The notes beneath the pieces are model-generated. The model made no database searches, had not been told where the DNA came from, and saw only the letters and a program-made list of their open reading frames with translations. A stretch of DNA of 64,000 nucleotides from the NCBI GenBank assembly GCA_026400755.1, contig JAPLOM010000008.1, positions 12,806-76,805 on the forward strand, written 5' to 3'. Source of the stretch: Alphaproteobacteria bacterium (lineage in GTDB: Bacteria; Pseudomonadota; Alphaproteobacteria; CADEGL01). Position numbers and translations under genes: made by a program. This document shows, piece by piece, positions 1 to 13,636 of the stretch; within the stretch, counting starts at the first letter, position 1, and the number at the start of each line of letters is the position of its first letter.

Positions 1-315
1 TGCGCGCAGGAGCAGCGCGGACCAGAATCCGTTCGCGAGCAGCGCGAATGCCGCCAACGCGACGGCGCCGAGCACAGCCGACGCCATATAGACGCGGCGC
101 GCATCCATCCGATCCGTAAGCCCGGCCAGGATCGGCACCGCGACGGCGTAACCGCCGTAATAGATGCCGCTGATCCAACCGGCCTCGGTGTTCGACAGGC
201 CCCAGACGTCGAAGAAGAGCGGCACCAAGGCAGGAAACGTGCCGACGCCGGCCAGGCTGAAAATATGCGCAAGACACGCGGCCGCGACGAGCTGTCTGCC
301 CCCGAGATTACGCAT
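1..315 (-). CDS. MFS-type transporter, N-terminal part (C-terminus lies beyond window start)
   Basis: Reverse-strand translation from ATG at 315-313 gives MRNLGGRQLVAAACLAHIFSLAGVGTFPALVPLFFDVWGLSNTEAGWISGIYYGGYAVAVPILAGLTDRMDARRVYMASAVLGAVALAAFALL. Hydrophobic helices and the G-x-x-x-D-R motif typical of MFS TM2-3 loop. No stop within the window. Confidence 0.55.
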   Translation of the reverse strand, partial: MRNLGGRQLVAAACLAHIFSLAGVGTFPALVPLFFDVWGLSNTEAGWISGIYYGGYAVAVPILAGLTDRMDARRVYMASAVLGAVALAAFALLANGFWSALLLRA

Positions 316-318
316 AGC

Positions 319-615
319 TCACGACCATCGGCGCCACCACCAGGCGCGGATTCGTCCGCCGCGTTCGTCCAGATGCGATTCCATGCGTTCGAGACGCGGG
401 CGCAATTGCGGGAAGCGGCGGAGAAGCCAGTCCCGCTTGCAGCGCGCCCATTCCGATTCGCTGGAGAGAAGCCATAGGCCGATGGCGATGAAAAGGATGC
501 CCTGAAGGAACGGCAGCACGAGGCCCGCGACGCCGAGGACGAGGAAAATCCATCCGAGGATCAGCTTGAACCAATTGGCGCGATGGGGCGCGCCGCTCTT
601 CCGATCCTTGGTCAC
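319..615 (-). CDS. small inner-membrane protein, YbaN/DUF454-like
   Basis: 98 aa. The LILGWIFLVLGVAGLVLPFLQGILFIAIGLWLLS segment resembles the YbaN two-helix core. Sits directly downstream of lpdA on the same strand. Confidence 0.5.
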   Translation of the reverse strand: MTKDRKSGAPHRANWFKLILGWIFLVLGVAGLVLPFLQGILFIAIGLWLLSSESEWARCKRDWLLRRFPQLRPRLERMESHLDERGGRIRAWWWRRWS

Positions 616-677
616 TCGTTCACTCTAAGCCAGGCTTCGGGCGCGGGCGAACCGCAAAGGGCGCAATGCGCTACGGC

Positions 678-2084
<1,407 letters not shown>

Positions 2085-2102
2085 GGCCCGAACCTTTCGC
2101 CG

Positions 2103-3320
2103 TCACATGTCCAGCAGGATGCGCTGGGGATCTTCAAGACATTCCTTAATGCGCACCAAGACGCTGACGGCCTCGCGCCCATCGACGATGCGGTGATCGT
2201 AGGAAAGCGCCAGGTACATCATCGGGCGAATCTCGATCTTACCGCCGATCACGACGGGCCGTTCCTGGATCTTGTGCATGCCCAGGATGCCCGACTGCGG
2301 CGGATTGAGGATCGGCGTCGACAGAAGCGAGCCGTACACGCCGCCGTTCGAGATGGTGAAGGTGCCGCCGGTCAGGTCTTCGATTGTCAGCTTGCCGTCG
2401 CGCGCCTTCTGCCCAAGGCCCGCGCTCGTCTTCTCGATCTCGGCGAAGGACAGACGATCCGCGTCACGCAGAACCGGCACGACCAGGCCCTGCGGCGTGC
2501 CGACGGCGACACCGATGTCGTAGTAGTTCTTGTAGACGATGTCGTCGCCGTCGATCTCGCCGTTGGCGGCCGGGAATTCGCGCAGCGCCACGATCGACGC
2601 CTTGACGAAGAACGACATGAAGCCCAGGCGCACGCCGTGCTTCTTCTCGAACGTCTCGCGGTAATGCAGGCGCGCCTCGTTCACCTTCGTCATGTCCACC
2701 TCGTTGAAGGTGGTCAGCATGGCGGCGGTGTTCTGGGCCTGCTTCAGCCGCTCGGCAATACGCTTGCGCAGGCGCGTCATGCGCACGCGTTCTTCGCGCG
2801 CGGCCTGCGGGCGCGGACCCGACGGGGCGGCGGGAGCCTGGGGTGCGGGCGCTTTCGCGCTGCTTTCAAGACTGGCCAGCACGTCGCCCTTGGTCAGGCG
2901 GCCGTCTTTACCCGTGGCCGGAATCGCTTTCGGATCGAGCTTGTTCTCTTCGACCAGCCGCTCGACGGAGGGCGCGAGCTTCGCACCTTCAGCCTGCTTC
3001 GCCGCAACGGCGGGCGCGGCGGGCTTGGGCGCTTCGGCCTTCGCGGGTTCCGCCTTGGCGGTCGCGGGCTTGGCGACAGCTCCGCCTTCGCCGATCGAAC
3101 CCAACAGCGCGCCGATGGCGACGTTCTCGCCCTCGGGCACCTTGATTTCGGCCAGCGTGCCGGCAGCCTTGGCATTGATCTCGACCGTGACCTTGTCGGT
3201 CTCCAGCTCGACCAGCGGCTCGTCCATCTCGACGCGCTCGCCGACCTTCTTGAACCAGCGCGCGACCGTGGCTTCCTTCACGGATTCGCCGAGCGTGGGA
3301 ACGGTGATGTCCGTCGCCAT
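2103..3320 (-). CDS. sucB: 2-oxoglutarate dehydrogenase E2 dihydrolipoyl succinyltransferase
   Basis: 405 aa. Lipoyl domain (ETDKVTVEI), Ala/Pro-rich linker, and a catalytic domain ending [11 protein letters not shown]. Confidence 0.95.
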   Translation of the reverse strand: MATDITVPTLGESVKEATVARWFKKVGERVEMDEPLVELETDKVTVEINAKAAGTLAEIKVPEGENVAIGALLGSIGEGGAVAKPATAKAEPAKAEAPKPAAPAVAAKQAEGAKLAPSVERLVEENKLDPKAIPATGKDGRLTKGDVLASLESSAKAPAPQAPAAPSGPRPQAAREERVRMTRLRKRIAERLKQAQNTAAMLTTFNEVDMTKVNEARLHYRETFEKKHGVRLGFMSFFVKASIVALREFPAANGEIDGDDIVYKNYYDIGVAVGTPQGLVVPVLRDADRLSFAEIEKTSAGLGQKARDGKLTIEDLTGGTFTISNGGVYGSLLSTPILNPPQSGILGMHKIQERPVVIGGKIEIRPMMYLALSYDHRIVDGREAVSVLVRIKECLEDPQRILLDM

Positions 3321-3363
3321 CGTTTTCTCTCCACATGCGACCGCGCCTGAGAGCGGCGCGGCG

Positions 3364-6210
3364 TCAGAACGTCAAAGCTTCTTTCACCAGCGCCTGCTGC
3401 TCCTGCGCATGGCGCTTGGCGCTGCCCGTCGCGGGCGAGGCCGCCTCGGCGCGCCCGATATAGCGCGGACGCTTCGACTTCGTGCCGCCCTCGGCCAAGA
3501 CGGTTTCGAGGCGCGGCTCGACGAAGGTCCAGGCGCCCATGTTCTTGGGCTCTTCCTGGCACCAGACCACTTCGGCGTTGGGAAAGCGCTTCAATTCGTT
3601 GGCCAGGACCTGGCCCGGGAACGGATAGAGCTGCTCGACGCGTAGGAGATAGGCCTGCTTCGCGCCTATCTGTTCGCGCGTCTCGAACAAATCGTAGAAG
3701 ACCTTGCCCGAGCACAGAACGACCCGCTTGATATCCTTGTCGGGCAAGGGATCACCACGATCCACCAGGATGCGGTGGAAGGTCTTGCCCGGCCCCATGG
3801 ACTCAAGCTTCGACACCGCGAGCTTGTGACGCAGCAGCGACTTGGGCGTCATCACGATCAAGGGCTTGCGGAAGTCGCGCCGGATCTGGCGGCGCAACGC
3901 ATGAAAATAGTTTGCCGGCGAGGTGATGTTGACCACCTGCATATTGTCTTCAGCGCAGAGCTGCAGATAGCGCTCGAGTCGCGCAGAGGAGTGTTCCGGT
4001 CCCTGCCCTTCGTGACCGTGCGGCAGCAGCATGACTAGGCCCGACATCCGCAGCCACTTTGATTCACCGGACGAGATGAACTGGTCGATGATGACCTGGG
4101 CGCCGTTGGCAAAATCGCCGAACTGCGCTTCCCAAAGGACCAACGCCTTGGGTTCGGCCAGGCTGTAGCCGTATTCGAAGCCCAGCACGGAGCCCTCGGC
4201 GAGTGGGCTGTCGATGATTTCGATCGGCGCCTGGCCGTCCTTGATGTGCGCGATGGAGACGTATTTGTCCTCGTTCATCTGGTCGATCAGCACGGCGTGG
4301 CGCTGGGAGAAAGTGCCACGGCCGCTGTCCTGGCCGGAAAGGCGCACGGGCGTGCCTTCGGCGCAAAGCGTGCCGAACGCCAGCGCCTCGGCGGTCGCCC
4401 AATCGATACCCTCGCCCGTTTCGATCGCCTTGAGGCGGCCTTGCACGATGCGCACGACCTTGCGGTTGGCATCGAAGCCCTCGGGGATCGTGCAGATCTT
4501 GCGGCCAATGGCGCGCAGCTCGTCGAGCGGCACGGCCGTCTCGCCGCGCCGGTCGTCGGCCGAAGCCAAACGCATGCCGGTCCATGCGCCCTCCAGCCAG
4601 TCGGCCTTGTTGGGCTTGTAGGTCTTGGCGATCTCGAAGGCCTTGTCCAATTCCGAGAAGCGCTCGGTGACCAGCCCTTCGGCGGCGGCCTCGTCGACCA
4701 CGCCTTCCTGCACCAGCCGCTTGGCATAGATCTGCCGCGTGGTCGGCTGAGCCGCGATCTTCCGGTACATGATCGGCTGCGTGAAGCTCGGCTCGTCGCC
4801 TTCGTTGTGGCCGTGGCGGCGATAGCAGAACAGGTCGATCACCACGTCCTTGTGAAACTTCTGGCGAAAATCGGTGGCCAGACGCGTGGCGCGCAAGACC
4901 GCTTCCGGGTCGTCGCCATTGACGTGGAAGATCGGCGCCTGGATCGCCTTGGCGATGTCCGAGCAATAGGACGAGGAACGGCCGGCCGACGGCGAGGTGG
5001 TGAAGCCGATCTGGTTGTTGATGATCAGATGGATCGTGCCGCCGGTGCGGTAGCCCTTGAGGTCGGAATAGCCCAGCACCTCGGCCACCAGACCTTGGCC
5101 CGCGAAAGCCGCATCGCCATGGATCAGCAGACCCATGACGCGCTCGCGCGCCATGTCGCCCTTCTGTGTCTGCTTGGCGCGCACGCGGCCCATGACGACA
5201 GGGTCCGCGGCCTCCAGATGCGAAGGATTGGCCTGAAGCGAGAGGTGCATCTTCCGGCCCAGGATCTCGCGGTCGGACGAGGTGCCAAGATGGTATTTCA
5301 CGTCGCCCGATCCCTGGACATCCTCGGGATTGGCGGAGTGGCCTTCGAACTCCGAGAAGATGGCCTGGAACGGCTTGCGCATCACGTTGGCCAGCACGTT
5401 CAGACGGCCGCGATGGGCCATGCCCAAGACGACCTCTTCCACGCCGTGCTGCGCCGCGCGCTCGAGCACGGCTTCCAGCGCCGGAATGCTCGATTCGCCG
5501 CCGTCGAGGCCAAACCGCTTGGTGCCGGTGTAACGCTTGTCGAGAAACTGTTCGAAGGTTTCCGCGACGGTCAGCTTTTTCAGGATCCACTTCTTCTCGT
5601 CGGCCGAGAGCGGCGGATCGTAGGGCGCGGCTTCCACGCGCTCCTGAATCCAATCCTTCTGCTCGGGATCCTGCATATGCATGTATTCGATGCCGATCGT
5701 GCCGCAATAGGCGGCGCGCAGCCGCGCGATCAGTTCGCGCAGAGTGGCGGTTTCCACGCCGACGGCGTCAAAGACGAAGATCGGGCGGTCATAGTCGGCG
5801 TCGGTGAAGCCGAGTGTGCGCGGGTGAAGCTCGAGATGCTCTTGCTTGGCTTCGAGGCCGAGCGGATCGAGCGTCGCTTCCAGATGGCCGCGCACGCGGT
5901 AGGAGCGGATCAGGATGCGCGCGCGAATCGAATCGAGACAAGCCGCGCGCAGCTGGTCGGCGGAAACTCCACCTTTGGCGGCGGCCGGCGCGGCGGCGCC
6001 ATTCTTGGCCCCGATGACGGCGCTGTCGCGCGGCGCCCAACTGGCGCCGCGGCTGTCGAGAAGAAGTGTGCGGGAATCGTCGTCCAGGCTCTTAAAAAAA
6101 TCCGCCCAACTCGAATCCACCGAGCGCGGATCGTTCAGATAGCGCCCGTAAAGCTCCGCGATGAAAATCGCGTTGGCGCTGTTCAGCAGCGAGTCGCGAT
6201 CTAGCGCCAT
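3364..6210 (-). CDS. sucA: 2-oxoglutarate dehydrogenase E1 component
   Basis: 948 aa. Typical SucA N-terminus [25 protein letters not shown], ThDP-binding region, and SucA-specific length. Confidence 0.95.
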   Translation of the reverse strand: MALDRDSLLNSANAIFIAELYGRYLNDPRSVDSSWADFFKSLDDDSRTLLLDSRGASWAPRDSAVIGAKNGAAAPAAAKGGVSADQLRAACLDSIRARILIRSYRVRGHLEATLDPLGLEAKQEHLELHPRTLGFTDADYDRPIFVFDAVGVETATLRELIARLRAAYCGTIGIEYMHMQDPEQKDWIQERVEAAPYDPPLSADEKKWILKKLTVAETFEQFLDKRYTGTKRFGLDGGESSIPALEAVLERAAQHGVEEVVLGMAHRGRLNVLANVMRKPFQAIFSEFEGHSANPEDVQGSGDVKYHLGTSSDREILGRKMHLSLQANPSHLEAADPVVMGRVRAKQTQKGDMARERVMGLLIHGDAAFAGQGLVAEVLGYSDLKGYRTGGTIHLIINNQIGFTTSPSAGRSSSYCSDIAKAIQAPIFHVNGDDPEAVLRATRLATDFRQKFHKDVVIDLFCYRRHGHNEGDEPSFTQPIMYRKIAAQPTTRQIYAKRLVQEGVVDEAAAEGLVTERFSELDKAFEIAKTYKPNKADWLEGAWTGMRLASADDRRGETAVPLDELRAIGRKICTIPEGFDANRKVVRIVQGRLKAIETGEGIDWATAEALAFGTLCAEGTPVRLSGQDSGRGTFSQRHAVLIDQMNEDKYVSIAHIKDGQAPIEIIDSPLAEGSVLGFEYGYSLAEPKALVLWEAQFGDFANGAQVIIDQFISSGESKWLRMSGLVMLLPHGHEGQGPEHSSARLERYLQLCAEDNMQVVNITSPANYFHALRRQIRRDFRKPLIVMTPKSLLRHKLAVSKLESMGPGKTFHRILVDRGDPLPDKDIKRVVLCSGKVFYDLFETREQIGAKQAYLLRVEQLYPFPGQVLANELKRFPNAEVVWCQEEPKNMGAWTFVEPRLETVLAEGGTKSKRPRYIGRAEAASPATGSAKRHAQEQQALVKEALTF

Positions 6211-6250
6211 CGTCGTGCGTCCATGCGAATGGAGGAACGGCGCATGCGGC

Positions 6251-7126
6251 TCAGCCCTTCAGCGCCTCGACCATGGTGGCGCCGAGCGCCGCCGGCGAAT
6301 CGGCGACCTTGATGCCCGCGGAACGCATGGCCTCGATCTTGTCGTCCGCGCCGCCCTTGCCGCCCGCGATGATCGCGCCGGCATGGCCCATGCGGCGGCC
6401 CGGCGGCGCCGTGCGGCCGGCGATGAAGCCGACGACCGGCTTCTTGCGCTTGCTGGCCTTCAGGAACGCGGCCGCGTCTTCCTCGGCCGCGCCGCCGATC
6501 TCGCCGATCATGACGATGCCCTTGGTCTCGTCGTCGCCCAGAAACAACTCCAGACAATCGATGAAGTTCATGCCGCCCACGGGATCGCCGCCGATGCCGA
6601 TGCACGTGGTCTGGCCCAGGCCCGCGGCCGTCGTCTGGCCAACCGCTTCATAGGTGAGCGTGCCGGAGCGCGAGACGATGCCGATCTTGCCACGCAGATG
6701 GATGTGGCCCGGCATGATGCCGATCTTGCACTCATCGGGCGTGATGACGCCGGGGCAGTTGGGGCCGACCAAGCGCGAGCCCGAATTGGCCAAGGCGCGC
6801 TTCACGCGCACCATATCGATGATGGGAATACCCTCGGTGATACAGACGATCAGCGGCAGCTTGGCGTCCAGCGCCTCCAAGATCGCATCGGCTGCGAAGG
6901 GCGCCGGCACGTAGATCACGCTGGCCGTAGCCCCCGTCTTCTTCGCCGCCTCCGCGACGGTATCGAAGACAGGCAGGTTCAGATGCTTGGTGCCGCCTTT
7001 ACCGGGCGTCACGCCGCCGACCATCTTGGTGCCGTAGGCGATGGCCTGCTCGGAATGGAACGTGCCCTGGGCGCCGGTGAAACCCTGGCAGATGACCTTG
7101 GTGTTCTTGTCGATCAGAACCGACAT
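6251..7126 (-). CDS. sucD: succinyl-CoA synthetase alpha subunit
   Basis: The true start is the internal ATG ([24 protein letters not shown]) at 7126-7124, overlapping the sucC stop as TGATG. The 5' extension in the ORF track is an Arg-rich artefact. CoA-binding and His-loop motifs are present. Confidence 0.93.
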   Translation of the reverse strand: MSVLIDKNTKVICQGFTGAQGTFHSEQAIAYGTKMVGGVTPGKGGTKHLNLPVFDTVAEAAKKTGATASVIYVPAPFAADAILEALDAKLPLIVCITEGIPIIDMVRVKRALANSGSRLVGPNCPGVITPDECKIGIMPGHIHLRGKIGIVSRSGTLTYEAVGQTTAAGLGQTTCIGIGGDPVGGMNFIDCLELFLGDDETKGIVMIGEIGGAAEEDAAAFLKASKRKKPVVGFIAGRTAPPGRRMGHAGAIIAGGKGGADDKIEAMRSAGIKVADSPAALGATMVEALKG

Positions 7127-8295
7127 CAGGCGGCCTCCTTCACGGCCTTCACGACCTTTTCGGCGGCATCCGCCAGGTCGTCCGCGGCCAGGATCTTGAG
7201 GCCCGATTCGGCCAGGATCTTCTTGCCCTGCTCCATGTTCGTGCCCACGAGGCGCACGACCAGCGGCACCTTGAGCGCCAACTCGCGCGCGGCGGCCACC
7301 ACGCCGTCGGCGATCACGTCGCAACGGACGATGCCGCCGAAGATGTTGACCAGGATGCCTTTCACGTTCTTGTCGCTGAGGATCAGCTTGAACGCGACCG
7401 TGACGCGCTCCTTGGTGGCGCCACCACCCACGTCCAGGAAGTTCGCGGGCTCGCCGCCATAGAGCTTGATGATGTCCATCGTCGCCATGGCCAAGCCGGC
7501 GCCGTTGACCATGCAGCCGATGCTGCCGTCGAGCTTCACATAGTTGAGGTTGTGCTTACCGGCCTCGAGTTCGGTCGGATCGATCTCGTTCTCATCGGCC
7601 AGCGCCTCGATGTCCTTGTGGCGATAAAGCGCGTTGTCGTCGAAGTTCATCTTAGCGTCGAGCGCGATGACCTCGCCCTTGCCGGTGATGACGAGCGGGT
7701 TCACCTCGAGCAGGCTGGCGTCCAGCTCCACATAGGCGCGGTAGAGCGCGTGCAGGAACTTGGTCGCCGACTTCACCTGGTCGCCTTCGAGGCCGAGCGC
7801 ATAGGCGATGCGGCGCGCGTGGAAGGGCTGCATGCCGACGGCCGGGTCGATGGCCACGCGGGTGATCTTCTCCGGCGTCTTGGCCGCCACCTCTTCGATG
7901 TCCATGCCGCCTTCGGTCGAAGCCATGAAGGTGATGCGGCTGGTCTGGCGGTCGAGGAGCACGCCGAGATAGAGCTCGCGCTTGATGTCGCAGCCTTCCT
8001 CGACATAGACGCGCTTGACGATGCGGCCCTGCGGACCCGTCTGGTGCGTGACCAGGTTCATACCCAACATTTTCTTGGCCGCGGCGGCGACGTCGTCGAC
8101 CGACTTCACCACCTTCACGCCGCCCGCCTTGCCGCGACCGCCGGCATGGATCTGGGCCTTCACGACCCAGACCGGGCCGCCCAGTTCCTTGGCCGCCGCG
8201 ACGGCCTCTTCGGCGGTGAACGCCGCACGGCCCTTGGGAACCGCGACGCCGAAGCGCGCCAGCAGTTCCTTCGCCTGATGCTCATGGATATTCAT
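7126..8295 (-). CDS. sucC: succinyl-CoA synthetase beta subunit
   Basis: 389 aa. [25 protein letters not shown]-grasp N-terminus. Translationally coupled to sucD. Confidence 0.95.
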   Translation of the reverse strand: MNIHEHQAKELLARFGVAVPKGRAAFTAEEAVAAAKELGGPVWVVKAQIHAGGRGKAGGVKVVKSVDDVAAAAKKMLGMNLVTHQTGPQGRIVKRVYVEEGCDIKRELYLGVLLDRQTSRITFMASTEGGMDIEEVAAKTPEKITRVAIDPAVGMQPFHARRIAYALGLEGDQVKSATKFLHALYRAYVELDASLLEVNPLVITGKGEVIALDAKMNFDDNALYRHKDIEALADENEIDPTELEAGKHNLNYVKLDGSIGCMVNGAGLAMATMDIIKLYGGEPANFLDVGGGATKERVTVAFKLILSDKNVKGILVNIFGGIVRCDVIADGVVAAARELALKVPLVVRLVGTNMEQGKKILAESGLKILAADDLADAAEKVVKAVKEAA

Positions 8296-8344
8296 GCGGT
8301 CTCGCTATGACGATGTGTCGTGGATCGGCGAAGAGTGCGCGGCG

Positions 8345-9538
<1,194 letters not shown>

Positions 9539-9565
9539 CTATGACGACAGCGTGACGCTCGCGCC

Positions 9566-11083
9566 ATGACGCCGATCGAATTCCTGTACCGGGGCGCCCG
9601 GCGCGACCCTGGCGCGGTCGCGGTGACCTTTCACGGCGAGAGCCTGACCTACGCTGAGCTGATCCGGCGAGTCGATGCGCTGGCCGCCGCCTTCCGTGCG
9701 ATCGACCCCACGCCCCAGTCGCGGGTGGGCGTCTGCGGCTTCAACACGCCGGAGCACCTGATCGCACTTTTGGCCACGCTCGCCGCGGGCAAGGTATGGG
9801 TAGCCCTGAACCCCATGAACGGCCGGGCCGAGCTCGATTCTTTCATCGCGGCCACCCGATCTTCCATCATCGTGGCCGACCAGGATTGCGTGGACCGCTT
9901 CACGCCCGGCGAGGCCAAGGTGATCCTCGGCCGCCAGAACGGCGCGCCCAAGGATGGCGACGCGCGGCTTCACGATCTGATCACACGTCACGACGGTGAG
10001 GCGCTGACCCATCCCGACCTCGCGCCCGACGATCTGATCGCGCTCAAATTCACCGGCGGCTCGACGGGCAAGCCCAAGGGCGTGATGCAAACCGTGCGGG
10101 TGTGGAACACGGTGATCGCGAACCAGCTTCTCTGCGTCGGCTTCGATTCGTCGACGCGCCATCTCATCGCGTCGCCCATCACCCATGGTTCGGGAACGTA
10201 TGTGCTGCCGACGCTCTCGCAAGGCGGGCGGATTGTGCTGATCGAACGGGCACGCGCCGCCGACGTGCTGGATACGTTCGAGCAGGGTGCAACGGGCTCA
10301 TTCCTGCCGCCGACCGTGATCTACAACCTTCTGGCAGAGCCTGGCGTGACCGAGCGACGCTATCCCGGCTTGAAACACCTTATCTATGCGGGCGCGCCCA
10401 TGCGCGTGGATCAGATCCGTGCCGCGCGACGCGTCTTCGGCCCCGTGCTGGAGACGACCTTCGGACAAACGGAATCGCCCCAGATCATCTCGTTCCAGCG
10501 CGCTACGGATTTCGACGACGACGCCAACCTGGAATCCGTCGGCCGCGCTGCGCCGCTCAACCGCGTCGAGATCATGGACGAAGAAGGCCGCATCCTACCG
10601 CCCGAGACGGAAGGCGAGATCGTGGTGAAGGGCGACATCGTGATGAAGGGCTACCTCGATCTGCCCGAGGAAACCGCGAAGACCATCGTGGACGGCTGGT
10701 TGCACACAGGCGACATTGGCGTGATCGACGGGCGCGGATACCTGTTCATCAGGGGCCGCCGCCGCGAGGTCATCATCAGCGGCGGCTTCAACGTTTATCC
10801 CGCCGACGTGGAGGGGGCGTTGGGCCGCCATCCGTCGGTGAAGGAATGCGTGGCCTTCGGCGTCGAGGACGAAAAATGGGGCGAACGCGTCGAAGCCGCC
10901 ATCGAGCTGCACGACGGCGCGCCGGCCGACATCGCCGCACTTTCGGCTTTCGTGCGCGAGCAGCTCGGCCCGATCAAAACGCCGAAAGCGATCCACACCG
11001 TCGCCGCCCTGCCGCGCAGTCCGGTGGGCAAGGTTTTGCGCGGCGAAGCCAAGGCCATGATCCATGGCGCGCCCACGCGCTAG
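9566..11083 (+). CDS. AMP-dependent synthetase/ligase (acyl-CoA synthetase family)
   Basis: 505 aa. AMP-binding motif LKFTGGSTGKPKGV, a linker-region GD, and a C-terminal PRSPVGKVLR lysine motif. Confidence 0.85.
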   Translation: MTPIEFLYRGARRDPGAVAVTFHGESLTYAELIRRVDALAAAFRAIDPTPQSRVGVCGFNTPEHLIALLATLAAGKVWVALNPMNGRAELDSFIAATRSSIIVADQDCVDRFTPGEAKVILGRQNGAPKDGDARLHDLITRHDGEALTHPDLAPDDLIALKFTGGSTGKPKGVMQTVRVWNTVIANQLLCVGFDSSTRHLIASPITHGSGTYVLPTLSQGGRIVLIERARAADVLDTFEQGATGSFLPPTVIYNLLAEPGVTERRYPGLKHLIYAGAPMRVDQIRAARRVFGPVLETTFGQTESPQIISFQRATDFDDDANLESVGRAAPLNRVEIMDEEGRILPPETEGEIVVKGDIVMKGYLDLPEETAKTIVDGWLHTGDIGVIDGRGYLFIRGRRREVIISGGFNVYPADVEGALGRHPSVKECVAFGVEDEKWGERVEAAIELHDGAPADIAALSAFVREQLGPIKTPKAIHTVAALPRSPVGKVLRGEAKAMIHGAPTR

Positions 11084-11119
11084 ATTTCACCGAACGCGAA
11101 GATCCGAGAAAGGAACACC

Positions 11120-11878
11120 ATGCCCGCCACGCCCGAGACGCGCCTGTGCCACTACACCAACGACGCCATCCATGTGCGCGACAAGAACCTGGTCGAGGAT
11201 CTGATCGGCAAGGTCGACTTCACCGAAGGCCTCTACTTTTTGATCTTCGGTCGGATGCCTTCGCGCGCCGAACGGCGCATCGTGGACGCCGTGCTGGTCA
11301 CGCTGATGGAGCACGGCATGACGCCGTCGGCCATCGCCGCGCGCATGGTCTATGGCAGCGGGCCAGAGGCATTGCAGGCGGGCGTGGCGGCAGGCCTGTT
11401 GGCCGTGGCCAGCCAGTTCGTCGGCACCATGGAGCCGGCCGCCAACAATCTGCGCGCCCTCGTCGCGGCGGGCGACGGGATGCCGGACGCGGCGCGGCGC
11501 ATGGCCGACGAATACCGCGCGGCGAAAAAGCCCATGCCCGGCTTCGGCCACCATCTGCACAAGCCGGACGATCCGCGCACGCCTAAGCTCTTGGCGTTGG
11601 CCGAAGCCGAAGGCGTGCCGGGCAAGCACATCAAGGCGTTGCGCACGCTCTCCGCCGAGGTCGACCGCGCGGCGGGCCGGCACATTACGGTGAACGCCAC
11701 GGGCGCTATCGCCGCGATCCTGTCCGAAATCGGTGTCGAGCCCGAGATCATGCGCGGCCTGGCGGTGATCAGCCGCTCCGCCGGCCTGGTCGCCCATATC
11801 CGCGAGGAGCAGAAGAGCCCTTCCATGCGCACGATCTGGGAAACGGTCGAGGAGGCCGTGCCCTATCGGCGGGATTGA
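11120..11878 (+). CDS. citryl-CoA lyase / citrate-synthase-family small protein
   Basis: 252 aa, corresponding to the C-terminal catalytic domain of citrate synthase. The GFGHHLHKPDDPR segment matches the citrate-synthase GFGHRVYK-DPR signature. Lies 36 nt after the ligase. Confidence 0.7.
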   Translation: MPATPETRLCHYTNDAIHVRDKNLVEDLIGKVDFTEGLYFLIFGRMPSRAERRIVDAVLVTLMEHGMTPSAIAARMVYGSGPEALQAGVAAGLLAVASQFVGTMEPAANNLRALVAAGDGMPDAARRMADEYRAAKKPMPGFGHHLHKPDDPRTPKLLALAEAEGVPGKHIKALRTLSAEVDRAAGRHITVNATGAIAAILSEIGVEPEIMRGLAVISRSAGLVAHIREEQKSPSMRTIWETVEEAVPYRRD

Positions 11879-11933
11879 CGTTGGCTAGAACGAAATTCGT
11901 ACGTGGGAACGGGGATAAATCGCTGCGATGCGA

Positions 11934-12098
11934 CCCTCTCCGGCCGCTCTTGCGGAGGGTTCAACTCGCTTCGCGAGTTGAAGGTGCGAGCGTGAGCGAG
12001 GGGGTGAGGTAAGTGTCTCAGGCGGTGCCACCTCACCCTCCCGATCATTCCGTGACCGGGCCCCTCCCTCTCCCCCGCAAGCGGCGGAGAGGGATAAT
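11934..12098. repeat. three related imperfect palindromes (CCCTC...GAGGG family) in a convergent intergenic spacer
   Basis: The three units are accctctccg...cggagggtt, then gggggtgaggt...acctcaccctccc, then ccctctcccccgc...gcggcggagaggg. They lie between the stop of the citryl-CoA-lyase-like gene and the stop of the SDR gene. Confidence 0.5.
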
Positions 12099-12121
12099 TC
12101 TTCAGCGACCCCTGATTCGCC

Positions 12122-12856
12122 CTAGCGCCCGCCCGAGACGCGCAGGATCGAGCCGGTGACGTAGGACGCCTTCTCGGACAGAAGGAACAGCACCGTCTCC
12201 GCGACCTCCTCGACCGTGCCCGCGCGCTGCATGGGAATGTTGGGAATGATCTTGGCCTTGCGGCCTTCGTAGTGGATATCCGTCTCGATATAGCCGGGGC
12301 TGACGGCGTTCACGCGCACGCCCTCCAGCGCCATTTCCTTGGACAGGCCGTAGGTCAGCGTGTCCATGGCGGCCTTGGACGCAGCGTAGTGAATGTACTC
12401 GTTGGCGCTGCCGAGCGTGGTGGCCGCCGAGGCGATGTTGACGATGGCGCCGCCCGCGCCGCCGAAACGCTTGGCCATGCGGCGCACGGCTTCGCGCGCG
12501 CAGAACAGCGGGCCTGTCGCGTTGACATCGAAACTGCGCGCGATGTCGGCGAAGGTAGAGTCCTCCAGCCGTCCGACCGAGGCGATGATGCCGGCGTTGT
12601 TCACGAACGCCGTCAGTCGCCCCAACTCACGGTCGACCGTCTCGAACAGGCGCAGGATATCGGCTTCGCGGCTGACGTCGGCCTGTATCGCGATGGCGCG
12701 CCGCCCTTGGCGCTTGACGTCGGCCACGACCGCCTCAGCCTCCGCCTTACTCTTGTTGTAGTTGACCGCCACGTCGTAACCGTCGCGGCCGGCCATGCGC
12801 GCGATGCCCGCACCGATGCCGCGGCTGCCACCTGTCACGAGAAGAATCTTGCTCAT
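12122..12856 (-). CDS. SDR-family oxidoreductase
   Basis: Start at MSKILLVTGGSRGIGAGIA (ATG 12856-12854). Rossmann TGGSRGIG motif and NNAG motif. Overlaps the upstream RraA-like stop as ATGA. Confidence 0.85.
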   Translation of the reverse strand: MSKILLVTGGSRGIGAGIARMAGRDGYDVAVNYNKSKAEAEAVVADVKRQGRRAIAIQADVSREADILRLFETVDRELGRLTAFVNNAGIIASVGRLEDSTFADIARSFDVNATGPLFCAREAVRRMAKRFGGAGGAIVNIASAATTLGSANEYIHYAASKAAMDTLTYGLSKEMALEGVRVNAVSPGYIETDIHYEGRKAKIIPNIPMQRAGTVEEVAETVLFLLSEKASYVTGSILRVSGGR

Positions 12857-13575
12857 AGCTCGGGCTCCCCATCCGCCAGCCACTTCTTATATTCCGCCGT
12901 GGTCGCGTCGTTGGGCGGATAGGTGCCAACCAAGGGCGCACCTTTGCGGATTTTCATGGTCAGGAACCGCTCCTTGCGCTCCTGCTCCCAGCCCTCGGCA
13001 GCCACCTCGTCGGCCAGATGGCGCGGCAGGCAGACGATACCGTCGCCGTCGCCCACGATCAGGTCGCCCGGATAGACGGAGACGCCCGCGCAAGCGATGG
13101 GCACGTTCATATCGACCGCGTGGTGGATAGCCAGGTTGAGCGGCGCGGACGGCGCGCGGCAGAAGACGGGGAAATCCAGCTCGGCGATCTCAGGCGTGTC
13201 GCGCAAGCCGCCGTCGGTCACGACCCCCGCCGCGCCACGCACCATCAGGCGCGTCATCAGGATGCCGCCGCCGGATGCCGCGCGCGCGTCGTTGCGGCAA
13301 TCCATCACCAGCACATGGCCCGGCGGCACAGCCTCGATCGCCGCGCGCTGCGGATGCTTCGGGTCCTGGAACACTTCGATCCGGTCCAGATCCTCGCGCG
13401 CGGGGATGTAGCGCAGGGTGAATGCTTCGCCCACCAGGCGCGCCGCGCGCGGATTGACCGGACGCAGGCCGGTCAGGAAGACATTGCGCAAGCCCCGCTT
13501 GAACAACGCCGTCGTGAGCGTCGGCGTGCCCACGTCCTTGAGCAGCGTCTTGGTCTTTTCGCCGAGTGGCGCCAT
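12853..13575 (-). CDS. RraA/MenG-family protein (putative 4-hydroxy-2-oxoacid aldolase / oxaloacetate decarboxylase class)
   Basis: 240 aa. The GDLIVGDGDGIV and VVTDGGLRD segments are characteristic of the RraA-like fold. Confidence 0.75.
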   Translation of the reverse strand: MAPLGEKTKTLLKDVGTPTLTTALFKRGLRNVFLTGLRPVNPRAARLVGEAFTLRYIPAREDLDRIEVFQDPKHPQRAAIEAVPPGHVLVMDCRNDARAASGGGILMTRLMVRGAAGVVTDGGLRDTPEIAELDFPVFCRAPSAPLNLAIHHAVDMNVPIACAGVSVYPGDLIVGDGDGIVCLPRHLADEVAAEGWEQERKERFLTMKIRKGAPLVGTYPPNDATTAEYKKWLADGEPEL

Positions 13576-13636
13576 GCGCGTATCCCCTTTTCCAAACCCG
13601 GCGCCGATCCCAACCGATCACACGGGCGCGCGCAAG

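Noticed and set aside
4064-6204. 547-aa minus-strand and 652-aa plus-strand ORFs inside sucA
   Set aside because: Alternative-frame or antisense artefacts (RGRGRRG-type composition). sucA is unambiguous in its own frame.
6251-7324. 357-aa version of sucD, 389..the 5'-extended versions of sdhD (221 aa), leuB (422 aa), leuD (256 aa), mdh (347 aa), pdxY (305 aa)
   Set aside because: In each case the conserved protein begins at an internal Met with an RBS or translational coupling. The upstream extension is Arg/Gly-rich and overlaps the neighbouring gene.
10102-11586. 494-aa plus-strand ORF overlapping the AMP-ligase and CCL-like genes in another frame
   Set aside because: Arg-rich alternative-frame artefact. 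The in-frame ligase has all AMP-binding motifs.
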